DNA of 64,000 nucleotides. It comes from Octopus vulgaris. Lineage: Eukaryota. Below are positions 29,426-44,884 of this stretch, in pieces. The translations under genes and the position numbers were made by a program. Numbering within the stretch: position 1 is the first letter of the stretch; each line of letters begins with the position of its first letter. Location: assembly GCA_951406725.2 (NCBI GenBank), contig OX597816.1, positions 139,562,001 to 139,626,000 on the forward strand, written 5' to 3'. The notes under the pieces are model-generated. The model was given only the letters and a program-made list of their open reading frames with translations, was not told where the DNA came from and ran no database searches.

Positions 29426-31368
29426 AATGACGTTGATGATGGTTGCTGATTGACTAGATGCAAGCATTAAGTGCAAAACGCCATGCTATGCTTGTGTCAC
29501 TCACTGCCTTCCATTTCGCCATTCCATATGGTACATACAAATACGTGTGCGTGTGTGTATGACAGCGTTTATATATATATACATACACAAACACACAGAA
29601 ACACATATGTGAACAAATTTATACATGTATATGCATACGTATATACGCATATAAGTATAATATTTATGTGTATATCTGTGTGTGAGTGAGCGCGTGTGTA
29701 CATGTATATTTTCATGCGTACCACTGTGTATAAATAAAATTAAGAATAAAAAAAATTGAAATAGAAACATTTTTAAAATAGTATAGTTCCTTGCATAATA
29801 TATAAAAAAACATATGAATAACAAATCCATCTCTGAACCACTTCGACCAGATAGTATACAGTTGGTGTCGGAGTATCGTGTAACCCGCCTGACAGCTAGT
29901 CCACAGTTCCTAAAATGGTAGCAAATGGAGCTCTATAATGTTGAAATGGAGTGGAACAAACAACTTGGTTAATGTACTTTTAGGTTTGCTCTTTTCGAAC
30001 AAACTATCATTATATCTTTCCACCTTTCAACAAGTTGCGAAAATCTCACTTACCTGATATTTGTTCTTTTTTTTCTCGCACAGTTTTTTTGAGATACCTT
30101 TTGTTTTGTTTTTTTTTCCTCACTCCTATTTTTAAAAAATCTGTTTCATCTTTTAGGTTTTTTTTCCCCTTTTCTCTGATAGTTCGTTTGACTGTAGTGT
30201 CTATTTTGTAAGAATGATATTGCGTATATATGTATTTGTATGTATGTATGTATGTATGTATGTATGTATGTATGTATGTATGTATGTATGCATGTATGTA
30301 TGTATGTATGTATGTATGTATGTATGTATGTATGTATGTATGTATGTATGTATGTATGTGTGTATGTATGTATGTATGTTTGTGTGTATATATCCACGTA
30401 TACATAAAAGAGGGAAATACATGCGTAAATACATATACAAATATATGAATATATCTTCACATACGTATATGAATATAAATACACAAAAACATGCATACAT
30501 GTATGTATATATATATATGTGTACACACACACATATGCATGCATATAAATGCATATATCTATGAAGGCATGCAGCATGTATGCTTATAGACAGGTAAGGA
30601 TGTGTTCATACATATTATGTATTTTAAAGTTACCTAACGACATGATGTTCAAACGTTGCTTGTCACTCAAAGAATATTGGATTTTTCCACAAGATTCCAT
30701 CACCTTGGAATTGACATAACTTTTCTTTTATCCCCTACCCCTCACCTCACTACATACATGCACTCACACACACATATATTAATATACATACATACATATA
30801 TACATACATACATACATACATACATACATACATACATACATAAATACATACATACATACATACATACATACATACAAAGCATGCATACATATATGCATGT
30901 ATACATGAATATGTACATTTCACAGCTCTTAAGTACTGTAAATGTCGTTTTATCTATACATTGGTACATTTTGCCGCCATTCTCACTCTTGCTACTGTAT
31001 TGCTTCACTTCATGCTCAAATATCTGAACTCCGTCTTCTAGACCTGTCTATCGAATAATAGATTTCAACCACATTCCCAATGGTTCTGCCTTCTCGTCAC
31101 ATACATCTACTCAACACAGTGAAGTTTTGAAATGTATCTCAAACAAGAATCAACTATGGCATTGGCATTTGATAGTGTGGTCGTCTCTCTCTGTGTTCGG
31201 AGTGGGAGAATGAATAAAGGATCCCATGAGCACCCCATCACACACACACATACACATACACACACACACGCACGCACGCACGCACGCACGCACACATATA
31301 GACACGCACACACACACATACATATATACACAGGGAGAGAGACAGAGAGAGAGACACACAGGTAGATC

Positions 31369-31472
<104 letters not shown>

Positions 31473-31539
31473 TAGACATATGTACATAAATGTGTGTGCG
31501 AGTATGTGTGTGTGTGTGCCTGTGTGTATTTTATACACA

Positions 31540-31695
31540 GGCAAGACAGTGTAGTTAAGAAGCTTGCTTCACAACCACGCGCTTTGTGGTTCAGTCCCAC
31601 AGTGCGGTACCTAGGGACAGTACCTTCTTCTATAGCCCCAGGCCGAGAAATGTCTTTCGAGTGAATTTGGCAGACGAAAGCTGTGTGGAAGCCCA
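31540..31695 (+). mobile_element. SINE family B, 5' half, diverged
   Basis: GGTTCAGTCCCAC..CTATAGCCCCAGGCCGA. Confidence 0.7.
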
Positions 31696-32559
31696 CTCCT
31701 CATGTGTGCGTATACATACATACATACATACATACATACATACATACATACATACATACATACATACATACATACATACATACATACATACATACATACA
31801 TGCATACATACATACATATATATATAGATAGATATAGATATATATATATGCAAATATATATATACATATATATATACATTTACATATATATTTGTATAAG
31901 TGTAAATGTATGTATATGCGTCAGTCTAGAACGATAGTTCGATAGCAAAAATGAGCAAAGAAGGATAACTCAGAGTACTTATATGCATGATCTAGGAAGA
32001 CAATACAGATAGTCATTCATTGAATACCATAAAAAAAAGTTGACTTTCAGCGCTTAGATTTCAAACATTTACATTGAAACTTTCATTCCCAGTATAGATG
32101 AGGTTGCATTTAATTCTATAAGGGATTCAATAAAATATGTACCAGTGTGTAGTCTTGGAGTTGAGATAGCCAACTGTTCTACGGCAGAATTCGTGTGCTT
32201 ATTCTTCAACTGGAAATTATTTGGTATTTCTTAAATATTCCTAGAAAGGGAAAAACAATTTATGACGTGCACACTTTTCTGAAGACCCATGATCAACACA
32301 CACAATCAGACCATGCTGGAACATCACCTTTACTCGAGCCAATCGACCCCAGGACTTATTCTTTGTACGCCTAGTACTTATTCTATCGGTTTTATTTGCC
32401 GAACCGCTAAGTTACGGGGACGTAAACACACATACACTAACACATACGCTCTCACAGTTATATACAAATGTCGATAAGATCCAAGCATCTATGTTATCTG
32501 CCGAGCCCCCATGTTCTAATTTAGAATTTAGAAGGAGGAAGGAGGAGGAGGGGGGAGAA

Positions 32560-32725
32560 AAGAAGAAGACGAAGACGAAGAAGAAGAAGCAGAAGAAGAA
32601 GAAGAAGAAGAAGAAGAAGAAGAAGAAGAAGAAGAAGAAGAAGAAGAAGAAGAAGAAGAAGAAGAAGAAGAAGAAGAAGAAGAAGAAGAAGAAGAAGAAG
32701 AAGAAGAAGAAGAAGAAGAAGAAGA
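32560..32725. repeat. long (GAA)n tract
   Basis: Direct reading; polypurine mirror repeat, triplex-capable. Confidence 0.97.
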
Positions 32726-33769
32726 TCAAATAAATAGTGAAGGGTGTTTATTGGCAAAAGATGACCATCCCCAAATATTACTACAATTATTTGTTTTTCA
32801 CATCCGGTCGCATCATAATCGTAGCATAACTAGTTTGTTGAATTAAATCTGTGTTTATTGAGCATGTTTTGTCGCTTACGTTAGTAAGAGGTTTGGTTGA
32901 TGTCACATGAATCTCAGCCTAAAATGAACCAGTCAAGGTTTAGAGAAAATATTTGAACACGGAAAGAATGAACTCTGATAAAACACTCAAAGAAAAAGGC
33001 GATGATGCGAAAACAACTGAAATCAAAGAAGAAAGCACAGCAACGAGACAGTTCAGGTGAAACTACAATAAACAGGTTTAAACATAAAGATAGGGCTCGA
33101 ATCAATAGGATGAAGTATTAACTGAATCTTAGTAAAAGTATCAGTCGATATATATTAAATTAACAAGGTCAGCCATGAATAAATATATAGCGCTAACTTA
33201 TATAACACAGTGACTTCGTAAAATATTTGATATAAATATTTGCAATTCGGGAATTTACATCTTTAATAAACAATGAAATTTTATTAGATTTATGTCACGA
33301 AATTGGTTAAACATTACAGAATAAAGAAGACTCAAATATACTTACGTATATACACATATAAACAAACAAACAAACAAACAAACACAGGAAGACTTGTGTA
33401 TGCGCGCGCATGTTTATAAACTGTGGTTATATTAGCATCAGCTTTAGAGATTTAAAAAACTTCTGTGAATACTTACATCTACATTATATTTCAGTCAGCT
33501 TATCCCTTCATCTCATGTACAGAAAACTGTAGGAAAGAATCTTTATGCTTAAAATAAGTGCAGGAACTCTCTTAACACTACACCAATTAATACATATACA
33601 ATGAATCTTTCGATATTAGTGTATTTGCGTTTACTTTTCAGGAAAATCAGCTATATTCTGGTGCTATCAGTACTAAACTTACTGATTGGCCTTTCTATAA
33701 ATGCTATATGTAGTACTCCTTTCATTTTCACTAATTATGATAATTCTTCTCCATAATAATATATAGATC

Positions 33770-34192
33770 TTTTTCTTGCGTCAAACATTTGACTACGGCC
33801 ATGCTGGAACATCACCATTACTCGAGCCAATCGACCCCTGGACTTATTCTTTGTAAGCCTAGTACTTATTCTATCGGTTTCATTTGCCGTACCGCTAAGT
33901 TATGGGGACGTAAACACACCAGCATTGGTTGTCAAGCGATGTTGGGGGACAAGCACAGACACACAAACATATACACGCATACACGCATGTATATATATAC
34001 ACACACACACACATGTATATATATATACATACGACAGGTTTCTTTCAGTTTCCGTTTACCAAATCCACTCACAAGGCTCTGGTCGACCCGGGCTATAGTA
34101 GAAGACACTTGCCCAAGGTGCCGCGCAGTGGTTTGAACCCGGAATCATGTGGTTGGTAAGCAAGCTACTTACTACACAGCCACTCCTGCGCC
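33770..34192 (-). mobile_element. SINE family B
   Basis: Family match; related 3' fragment at 32311-32430. Confidence 0.88.
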
Positions 34193-34195
34193 TAC

Positions 34196-34228
<33 letters not shown>

Positions 34229-34907
34229 TGTATGTATGTATGTATGTATGTATGCATATATATACGCATGTTCATCATCATCGTCATAGTCGTCGTCATC
34301 GTCTTCGTCATCACCACTACCAATATGGCCACCATTGCCGTCGCCACCACTACCATCGTATTTTAAAGATATAATTTTCCATGTTGGCATGGATAGCACT
34401 TACCGTTATAATTCGTTTGTCTCGCCAAAAATTCTGACATCCAAAGTTATTTTCTTCCTTCGTTTTTCTCCGCCATGTGTACCCTTTACGAAGACAAAGA
34501 ATAAAATGTAATTCTTCACTGTTGGAGAGAGATTGTTTACCTGGAGGATGTAGATGCCTCTCCTACGGACATAGGGTAAGCACCGAATTGGTAACGAAGC
34601 TATAGCTATTGTAATTAGACAACGAGGCTTTTATCAATAGCTACGTTCATTGATAGAAAACATCAATCTCTCTAAATGAAGCTGACATTTACTATATTGC
34701 AAAACGGATTGTTAAATAAATAGCAGATACAGTTTTAGATAACATGCTATGTATTTAGCAGTCATGCGCGTGATTACATGTTGGTGTACATGTATGTCTA
34801 TCTTTACACATACACACACACACACATGCGCGTGCACACACACACATGCGCGCGCACACACACAAACATGTATATACGCGTGCGTGTTTATACACGTGTT
34901 CATGTGC

Positions 34908-34945
<38 letters not shown>

Positions 34946-35098
34946 GCATATATGTATACACTCATCAGTATGTAGACATGTATATATATGTTTATATATG
35001 CATGTATGTATGTGTGTATGTGTGTATGTATTATGTGTATATGTATATATATGTGCATATATATGAATATATAAACATGTATATATATATACATATTT

Positions 35099-35260
35099 GC
35101 GACGGGCTTCTTTCAGTTTCCGTCTACCAAACACACTCACAAGGCTTTGGTTGGCCCGAGGCTATAGTAGAAGACACTTGCCCAAGATGCCACGCAGTGG
35201 GACTGAACCCGGAACCATGTGGTTGGTAAGCAAGCTACTTACCACACAGCCACTCCTGCG

Positions 35261-35262
<2 letters not shown>
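35099..35262 (-). mobile_element. SINE family B, 5' half
   Basis: Family match. Confidence 0.88.
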
Positions 35263-35347
<85 letters not shown>

Positions 35348-35624
35348 TTTGAAAGAGCCAATTATGATTCAAAAGCTCTGAGGAATTACAGTGCAGAATA
35401 TTATCATCTAAATTATCAACCAATAAGATAAATACTCATAAATTTCATGCGCTGACTGTTTCTCCTATTCTGACAGCATACACCTGCCCTATTATACATA
35501 CATACATACATTTATATATATAATGCTTCGTATATCTGTGTCTATATACAATATTACTAATTATGCATACATGTGAATATATTATTTCGTACGCATATAC
35601 ACACACGAACACACAAACACAGAC

Positions 35625-35655
<31 letters not shown>

Positions 35656-36866
35656 CATACATACATACATACATACATACATACATACATACATACATAC
35701 ATACATCATATACATATTCCGTTTTCCTCTATAAGAGTCCCGTTATTCATTGTTATCTTTCTAATACACACCTAAATAAGTTGAGAGACAGCCGAGAATA
35801 CTAATGGTCCAATCCAGTATATCACCCCCACACAATACTTGGATAAACTGGAGTTTTACTCTCTCACTTTGCTAGACGTTATATTACTACTATTTCGATG
35901 CGAATGCTACTGTGTTTTTAGTTGTATTTTCAACAGCATTCTCGTTCTACATTTGCAGATCATTGATCAGCCATTGGTTTGATGGATGAGAGGTAATTTA
36001 AGCTGTTAGTGAAGTCATCTGGTCCGAGGCATTTACAGACGGCCTATCAGTGTGCCACCGACACGAATGGCCACACTCTATGGGCTTATGTCGCGTCCTG
36101 TAGATGTGTCGGCCATTACAAATACATCATAAGCCGTTGCTGTCAAATACGATACGTTTCTGTTTGATTTACGATGCTACGTAAAGCTCGTCTGTTTTAT
36201 TAACATTTCTGACAGTTGGTGGGGTTTTTCAGGCGGAAGTGATGTCATGATAAGCCTGAAAGAGCCAAGTGAATAAAATGGAAGACGCATTCGTATCAAT
36301 GTTTTGCAAAATTGACGTAATATTGATTGTTGATAGACGGTTTTCCAGTTGATGTGTTGCTTTAAATGGAAGAAGTTTTCTATCGAGTAACGCCAGAAGA
36401 ATATAAACAACCAATTAGCATTGAAGGAAAAACATCAGCCTGTTATTTGTTTTCTTTGTAAAATCATCAATGTGGAAAAGTTCTACTAAATTAAAATTAT
36501 GGAAGAGAGAATTATTAGTAATAAAACCTGTGGGTTGTGTTTATATTTCACGAATTATCTTCCATAATATTGACAAAATTTATACTCATAAAAATGGCTA
36601 CTTGTCACTTTTAACCACATACATCTTTTATATATACATAAATGTCAATTTGCAAACTAGTGTTGAAACGGTAACTATTTTAATCTTGCTGTGGAAACAA
36701 TAGGTGTTAGTAGTCTGGTTTAGAGCCAGTAGCAAGTACTGAGAGACTGGATTTATTTGATACAATATACTTTCGGTCCTTTTGTCTAGGGTCAACAGTA
36801 TATCGCAGCTGCTTCAATCAAAGGTGCTTGCTTTATAAAGAACGATTACATTTAATCGTCCTTAAT

Positions 36867-36913
<47 letters not shown>

Positions 36914-36943
36914 TATACAGAAACATACTTCTGATAGAAGTAT

Positions 36944-37266
36944 TTTTTCTTTTTTTCTTTTTTCGCCCTTTTCAAGCCTAGCCAGGCTTATGGGCCCAGT
37001 TTCCCGGTTTCTGTGGCGTATGTGTTCCCCCCAGCTGGACGGGACGCCAGTCCATCGCAGCGTTACTCAAGAAACAAGAAGAGAGAGTGAGAGAAAGTTG
37101 TGGCGAATGAGTACAACAGTGGTCACCACCACCTCCTGCCGGAGCCTCGTGGAGCTTTTAGTTATTTTCGCTCAATAAACACACATAATGCCCGGTCTGA
37201 GAATCGAAACCGCGATCCTCCGACCGCGAGTCCGCTGCCCTAACCACTGAGCCATTGCGCCTTCAC
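36944..37266 (-). mobile_element. SINE family C with A-rich tail and TSD
   Basis: Close match to 23909 copy; TSD GATAGAAGTAT at 36933-36943 and 37267-37277. Confidence 0.9.
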
Positions 37267-37814
37267 GATAGAAGTATATTAGGGCCTAATTATAGATGTT
37301 CTATGTCTTCAAAGTCCTTACGTTCTTATAAATATACTTTCTAGCTGTCGTCTCATTCATTTAATTGCACCATTTGGATTTCACAGTAGTGTGACTAACC
37401 CTTGTACTTATTCTTCGCAATTAGAATGGACGAACGGATTGGCAAGCTTCTGTGTCGGCCACTCGACCTGCTAGAAATAACTACCAAATCTCTTTTATCT
37501 CACAACCATACCCCTTTTAAAAGGACACACTAAAGAATGTTGCTTTGGGATACACCATTCCACTCGATAAAATAGTGTGGCTATAGTTCTGTCAGCTCCA
37601 TCAGCGCTGACTTGTTGGTTAAACAACAACTAAAACACTGAGATACGACGTAGAATCAAATCGTTAATATGGAATTGGCAGTCCAGAAACCCTATCTATA
37701 CAGCTATTCAGTGTAGATATTATTGAAAAAATTAATGTGAGATATTTTAATGTTTTACTACAGTGTTTTTCAATCATTTCAACTTGTTGATGCATTAAAG
37801 ATGAGATAAGGTAT

Positions 37815-38048
37815 ATATTTCTTTACTACCCACAAGGGGCTAAACATAGAAGGGACAAACAAAGACATACATAGGTATTAAGCCGATTACATCGCCCCCA
37901 GTGCGCAACTGGTACTTAATTTATCGACCCCGAAAGGATGAAAGGCAAAGTCGACCTCGGCGGAATTTGAACTCAGAACGTAACAACAGACGAAATACTG
38001 CTAAGCATTTCGCCCGGCGCGCTAACATGTCTGCCAGCTCGTCGCCTT
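37815..38048 (-). mobile_element. SINE family A monomer with TSD
   Basis: TSD AGATG(A/C)GATAAGGTAT at 37799-37814 and 38049-38064. Confidence 0.9.
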
Positions 38049-40410
38049 AGATGCGATAAGGTATGATTGCTGGAGCACTTCGCATGAAAATTTTAAACAA
38101 AATTATATTCTCAAATCTAAAATTCAAAAGCAATATAGAAAACTGACTTATTTTGTTTTATTTTCATACTTGTCTACTACAAAATTATAAATAATATGCT
38201 TTCCGTGATGCCCCAGCATAAGTATGAAATATGTAAAGCCTTAAATTATGTATTTTTAAAAATTCACAGTGCTCACTTTGACAAGCACTGTTTTATTAGT
38301 TTATTTATTCAATAATATATTAATTTATTTATAACGAATTAAAAAGATAATTCCTTTCTATTATCAAGATGTTACAGATGGACATAGCAGGACTAACATA
38401 CAGATTGTAAGTACAAAATCATTGATTGAAATAAGCATGGGGTTTATAATGTAGGTGAGACACTCATATTTTAAGATAAATGAGAGGCACTTATATGTTA
38501 CTGTGCTGGTTTATTAATCTTTCGTTTCCTTTTTTTGTCTACGCTTTGTTCCGATCGCCTCTCCTACGATATAAATATATTTCTAGGGCATTGCGACCAA
38601 ACGGAGAAAAATATTTTGAACTTTACGCAGGACAAAAATATATTTTGAATGAGAACCCAACCTAGGGGCATGTATATATGACATAATATTTTAACTTTAA
38701 CATGCTGGAGGACAAACCACTGTAAATGATACGTGGAACAAAGAAATGTAAATGATACATTTAATAGTTTAGAAATTTGAAATTACTACTGCAATAACTC
38801 ATCTAAGAACTTCACATGTATAAAATTAATGGATGACATATTCTCGTACGGCATGAAATCATTAGAAAGTATTGTTCCTCAAAGCAGACAGGTCTTGGTA
38901 AAATAGAATGATTTCAACAACGGTGGCTGTCCAACAGTTCAGCACTTCTTTTGCAGTTACGTTTATTTATGACAATTGAATCACGAATTAGTTTTTAACG
39001 ACATTTTCGAGATGTAGAGGAAAGAAGCGTATGGAGTGTTATCGTTTAGATGCATCAGGCTGTCAGATGGTGAAAACCAATACGAATAGAATGAGTTATT
39101 AGATGAGAGACGTGGACAAAATTTTGTCTAATGGTGCAGTTAGGTCTGCATTAGTGCTTATTTTTATTTTATTTATTGCTTAGAGCAACCGAGATTGGTG
39201 TCAGGAGGGAAAAACGTATACTCAAAGCAGAAATCTAGTTTGAACGCTTGCGACGGAGTGGACACTACTAAAGCCACTCAAAGACCAGGCATTTGTATCA
39301 AACCAGGCGACGGATTAAACCCAAATAGGCGAAGACAAAATTTGATCTCAGAACGTAAAGGACCAGAACAGATATCACAAGACTTCCAGTCCGACACCAT
39401 AATAATTCCACAAGTCCACCATATTAAACTTTTGCCTTATTTGTTGACCACGAAAGGATGAAAGGCGAAGTTCATCGGGGCAGCATTTGTAGTATGAGAG
39501 CAGAGAGATAGAATGAATACGACAAGTCGTGAATGGTTTGAGCTCAGTGTAATCTCTATTTATGAATATTTGGATACTGAAGCAAGTTGATGACATCGAT
39601 AAATCTGAACTGATTGAAAACAACGGAGTATTAAAGGATGGATTAAGGAAACAGATTAAGTAGCGGGTTGTTTTACGTCTAAAAGGTGGCAGGTATGCAG
39701 AACTGAATGTGGGTACTATCATAATTATTTAGGATGCGACGTTTAGAAACACCATAACTAGATTCGCTAAAGTATATTATAAACACAGAGACGAATATTT
39801 GTGTTATTGTACAGGAAAGTATAAGTATCAAATAGCTGAATGATAACAGAAATTCGTGAGTAAAACTAACATTTATGTCTATGGATTTTCTACTTATAAC
39901 AAAATAGTAAAATACTAGGTATGTTGCTTTTTTCGTTTGCCTGAGTGCGCAGTCTTCTACTAGTAGTATACTGGATTTATACCACCCACTACATCTTGGA
40001 TACCATTAGTTTGAGTGCTCTACCTGATTTACCGCCCTGTTTAATATTGTAAGCTGGTCCTTCAAAGTTTTGATTCAGGTGGTAGACATAGCACAATCTG
40101 ATGTTATAAGAAAAGACATTTACTCAAGATTCCATTTAATGGGGTCGAATCTGAGACCTAATGTGTGTGTGTGTGTGCACAGTTATCAGAATAATCCTCT
40201 CAATCTCGGTAACGAAGGTGGTAACTGCAACAACAAAGACAAAGAGATGTGCTTTTTGAATAAATTATGCAAAGATGAATCATTGATTTACTATTTACAG
40301 TGCCCGTTCTCAGCGACAAACAACCTTTCGCATCATAAAACCGAAAGTGTGAGACTAGCTTCAGGAGCCGGTACTTAAACCCTATGTATATCTATGTATG
40401 AAAGGAAAGA

Positions 40411-40627
40411 AATATTGGTTTCAAATTTTGACACAAGGCCATCAATTTTGGGGTAGGGGATGAGTCGATTACACCGACCACAATGTTCAAATGGTACTTA
40501 TTTTATGAACCCCTGAAGGACGAAAAGCAAAGTCGACCTCCGCGGAATTTGAACACAGAACGTAAAGACGAACCAAATGCTGCTAAGCATTTTGTCCGGT
40601 TGCTGACGATTCTGCCAGCTTACCGCC
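40411..40627 (-). mobile_element. SINE family A (short-tail type)
   Basis: Family match. Confidence 0.85.
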
Positions 40628-40689
40628 AGAAATGAAGGTAATGTTAACAAGAAACTTATGGCATCAGTAATATTAATATTACTCATAAC

Positions 40690-40892
40690 GCGGCGAGCTG
40701 GTAGAATCGTTAGCACGCTGAGTGGCATTTTGCCCGTCTTCACGTTCTGAGTTCAAATTCTGCCGAGGTCGACTTTACTCTTCATCCTTTCGGGGTCGAT
40801 ATAATAAGCACCAGTTGAGTTCTGGAGTCGATTCAACTGAATTACCCTTCCCCGAAATTGCTGGTCTTGTGCCAAAACTTGAAACCAATATT
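40690..40892 (+). mobile_element. SINE family A (short-tail type)
   Basis: GCGGCGAGCTGGTAGAATCGTTAGC..GAGTTCAAATTC..TTGAAACCAAT. Confidence 0.85.
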
Positions 40893-41393
40893 GATATCAT
40901 GAAATCTATTGGACATTTATGTAACAAGCATATTCCCACTACTCAAATTTGTAATGATTAAAAAAAACTTCACCCTCACCAAATCGCTGATATGCAAAAT
41001 GACTCGATGGCTACAAATGAATGTTTTTGATCATAGGTCTTCAGAGGTACGTCAGCTACAACACAATACTATCTCTGCCTACCAAATCCAGTCTATGAAG
41101 ATTTGCAATGGCTTTCAATAGTATCCCTCTTCCTCGATCTGACTATCTTACAGAAAGAAATAAGCTATCGCATATTCCACTCACAAACACAAAGATTTTC
41201 TTCGTTACTTATCATCTTGAAATCTTCCGTCTTGCTACCTCAAAACTACAGCTGTCACTTGCAATATAGGACGACTTCGTATGTATGATGTTCTCGCTAA
41301 TGGTTTTTAGGTGCCCAAGTAGAAGCGAGCAGACGTGGACATCTTCTTGGTTTTCCTACCTTTCATCTACCAGAACATACAAAACGACTGAGT

Positions 41394-41451
<58 letters not shown>

Positions 41452-41521
41452 GTAGCCATTACACACATTTTTTCTCTTCTTGTTTCTCTCTTTGTTTCTT
41501 TCTGTGTTCCTTGCTGTGTTC

Positions 41522-41557
41522 CTTTCTGTGGAAGAGCGTAGGCTCGAAAGGTTAAAG
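41522..41557 (+). ncRNA. degenerate minimal hammerhead
   Basis: CTTT-CTGTGGA-A-GAGC GTAG GCTC-GAA-AGGT-T-AAAG; stems I and II intact, A6U and stem III changes; element 41449-41653 between (TA)n runs. Confidence 0.55.
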
Positions 41558-41652
41558 ACTTTTTTCAATTCCCGAGCGTTATACTAATACATCTGTTTGT
41601 TTTCTACACCACCTGTCTTCGTCTTTTGGTTTGTTTTTTTCGTGAATTCTCC

Positions 41653-41708
<56 letters not shown>

Positions 41709-43067
41709 TATCGACCTCAAAATGTTGAGGGGCAAAGTAGACCATAGTGGGATCTGAACTTAAAACGTAGAGAGCTGGAACAGATATTGTCACGCGTACT
41801 AGTCCGGTTCCCTAACAATTCGGTCATTCTATCGCCTAATCACACCTTGTCTTATTTAACACTTATTCAATAGGTAAAATTAATCTAACACGTTGTCAGA
41901 GTTCCTGATAATCTAGTTTCCCCGCTTCCACTTTATTTCCTTAAAAAGTGATTAAATGATTAAATCTCATGTTTTTCCATGTATTCATGAGTTACCTGTC
42001 AATATGCACGTTAGTTTATATGTGAGTGATGTATGTGTACTTATGCGTGTGTGCGTGTTTGTACTTGTGTGTGTGTTTGTAAATGTATCAGTGTGTGTTT
42101 GTAAATGTATCAGTGTGTATGTTCTTGTGTGTGTGTGCGCGCTAACGCTAGAAGTTTTATGTAAATTTAGTTATTTAAAAAAAAGCCACAAACGCGCAGA
42201 CATGTTTACTTTGGTCCTTTGTGAGTCGATATCCGTGTGTATGAAGTGTGATGACACAAAGGCTGATAAAACGAACAAGGCAAGAAAAGAAAAAGAGAGT
42301 ATGATAAAGACAAATTGTTAAAGGCGAAGAGAAAATATATTTACATGACAGTGTTTAAGATTGTTTGAAGTTTGACTCAGTTGACAAGCTGTCACTCACT
42401 CTGCCAAAGCGCTCGCTTCACAAAGAGCAAACAATGAAATAGAACTTGACCATATGCTACTGAAGCAATCTGACAAGCTAAGTCGCAACGAATGTAGCTC
42501 ACCTGCAAGGTACACCGATTTGTTTAAAAACACTGACAACAATACAGCACCGTAGCTTCTGTTCATTACATAGCCTATCTGTGGACTCCATTCCTCTCGG
42601 CTTGTCTACATTTTACTTGTATGACACACTCACTCGATGTATTTACTGCTGTATCTTAGACATGACACCATACGGGACAAAAAGCGAATCAACGAAGACG
42701 CATATATATTTAGGTCCGACCGTCTTAGAAATAGCAGCTAAATTCCCTTTATATAATAACTTATTGTCTTAAAAAGCAGAATAACATATTAGATAATATA
42801 ATCCTAGATGCACGTATACATAAAAAAGCAAGATGGTATGGTCGCGATCAGAATACATCTATTTATAGATCTATTCAGTCAAGGCTGATTTTAGCTCTAT
42901 ATCTTGGGTACGTACACAGCTCTGACCGAATAAGGACGTTACATATTTTTCTTCCATAATCAGAACCAACAAGATCTGAATTTTATTGATGCAACTTGTT
43001 AAAACTAATAGTGGAGAACGAAATGATATCCCCTCGGTAACTAACGTGCAACAGCAAGCACTGAGAG

Positions 43068-43336
43068 TTACTCTTTTACTCTTTAACTTGTTTCAGTCAT
43101 TTGACTGCGGCCGTGCTAGAGCACCGCCTTTAGTCGAGCATATCGACCCCAGGACTTATTCTTTCTAAGCCTAATACTTATTCTATCGGTCTCTTTTGCC
43201 GAAGCGCTAAGTTACGGGGACGTAAACATACCAGCATCGGTTGTCAAGCGATGTTGTGGGGACAAACACAGGCACACAAACATATACACACATACATACA
43301 TACGTATATACATACATACATACATACATACATACA

Positions 43337-43369
<33 letters not shown>

Positions 43370-43547
43370 GTATATATATATATATGACGGGCTTCTTTCA
43401 GTTTCCGTCTACCAAATCCACTCACAAGGCTTTGGTCGGCCCGAGGCTATAGTAGAAGACACTTGCCCAAGGTGCTACGCAGTGGGACTGAACCTGGAAC
43501 CATGTGGTTGGTAAGCAAGCTACTTACCACACAACCACTCCTGCGCC
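43068..43547 (-). mobile_element. SINE family B, full length
   Basis: Family match with internal (CATA)n. Confidence 0.9.
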
Positions 43548-44686
43548 ACTGTTTATGATCTGATTATCACATATTACGATAAACGGTTTTGAACTTAGTA
43601 TTCGTGCTTACGTTGTTTACTGAACACACTGTTTAGTTCTGTTGATTTTTTTCTTCTTGCAAGACTTTATTCTGTGAAGGAAGGAGTATATCGATTTACA
43701 TTCTGGAACAACTACTTTTATCTGAGTAACGATTCCAGCAACGCCATCAGTAAACTTGAAATCACGTTCGTTAAGGATGTAGTCGTGTAGTCGTACATAG
43801 TCTTAAACATCTTAGAATTGGCTGTTTTGTAAGTAGTAAATTTGTTGAGAGCTTCAGTGACATCTGGTTCATTCTCTTTGTTGCCTACTTGGTCGAACAC
43901 TTCCACGCAGACATCCTTAACATAAACTTACACTAGCTTCTCGAAATGCAGCTTTCCAAGAAGCCTACAAAACGCAGCTATTTTGGTGTGGAACTTCAAA
44001 GAGCTATCTCGGCAACCTTTTAAATCAATACATTTTCTTTCAAAGAAGTATTTCTACTTTGAACATATTCCTTTATGTTTTGAAGTTAAATTTTGTTTGA
44101 GATTTGACAAGTTCATTGAGCCATTGCCAAAAACCAAACACTGTGATTCGAGCAGTACCTCGATATTTGTGGCAACAAAACCTAATTGAATGGAGAAGGA
44201 GCCATATTTCCAAATAATCCTTCGGTTATTTTTACAGTGCCGTCATATGATTTACAGTTATTTGTATGTTCAACAACCACATATCCCAATTTCATAAAAA
44301 TGTTCGTTGGACCTTGCTGAGGAATCAGCAAATAAGGGATAAAAACAATAAATGCATAGACCGAGGAGTGGATGTGGTGAATAGTGATTTATAAAGTAAT
44401 GTTTGGGTTAAAGAGATACTATAAATAAAATTACATACAAGAAATTTTGAATTAATAATGGTACTTACGTTCTCAGACAAAGTTGGAGCGGGGACATCAA
44501 AGCACAAACGTGCAGATATTTTGGTGATGCTTATATAATTTTCATAATGGCAACACTGGATAATTTTAATTATTAATTCTAAGACTAGGTAGAAGCAAGA
44601 TTTTTTTGCGATAACTACATCACTTCAGCGTTCATAAACCGCATTTTCGACAATGAATCAAGTATCATCAGGTGATATGTACCCCC

Positions 44687-44761
<75 letters not shown>

Positions 44762-44884
44762 TACATACATACATACATACATACATACATACATACATAC
44801 ATACATACATACATACATACATACATACATACATACATACATACACACACTATATACACACACGTATAAATAGATCATTTATAG

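Noticed and set aside
42340-42545. TGACA cluster and TAAT-rich islands (also 9930-10060, 26340-26550) as enhancers
   Set aside because: Short motifs expected by chance in AT-rich DNA; conservation data needed.
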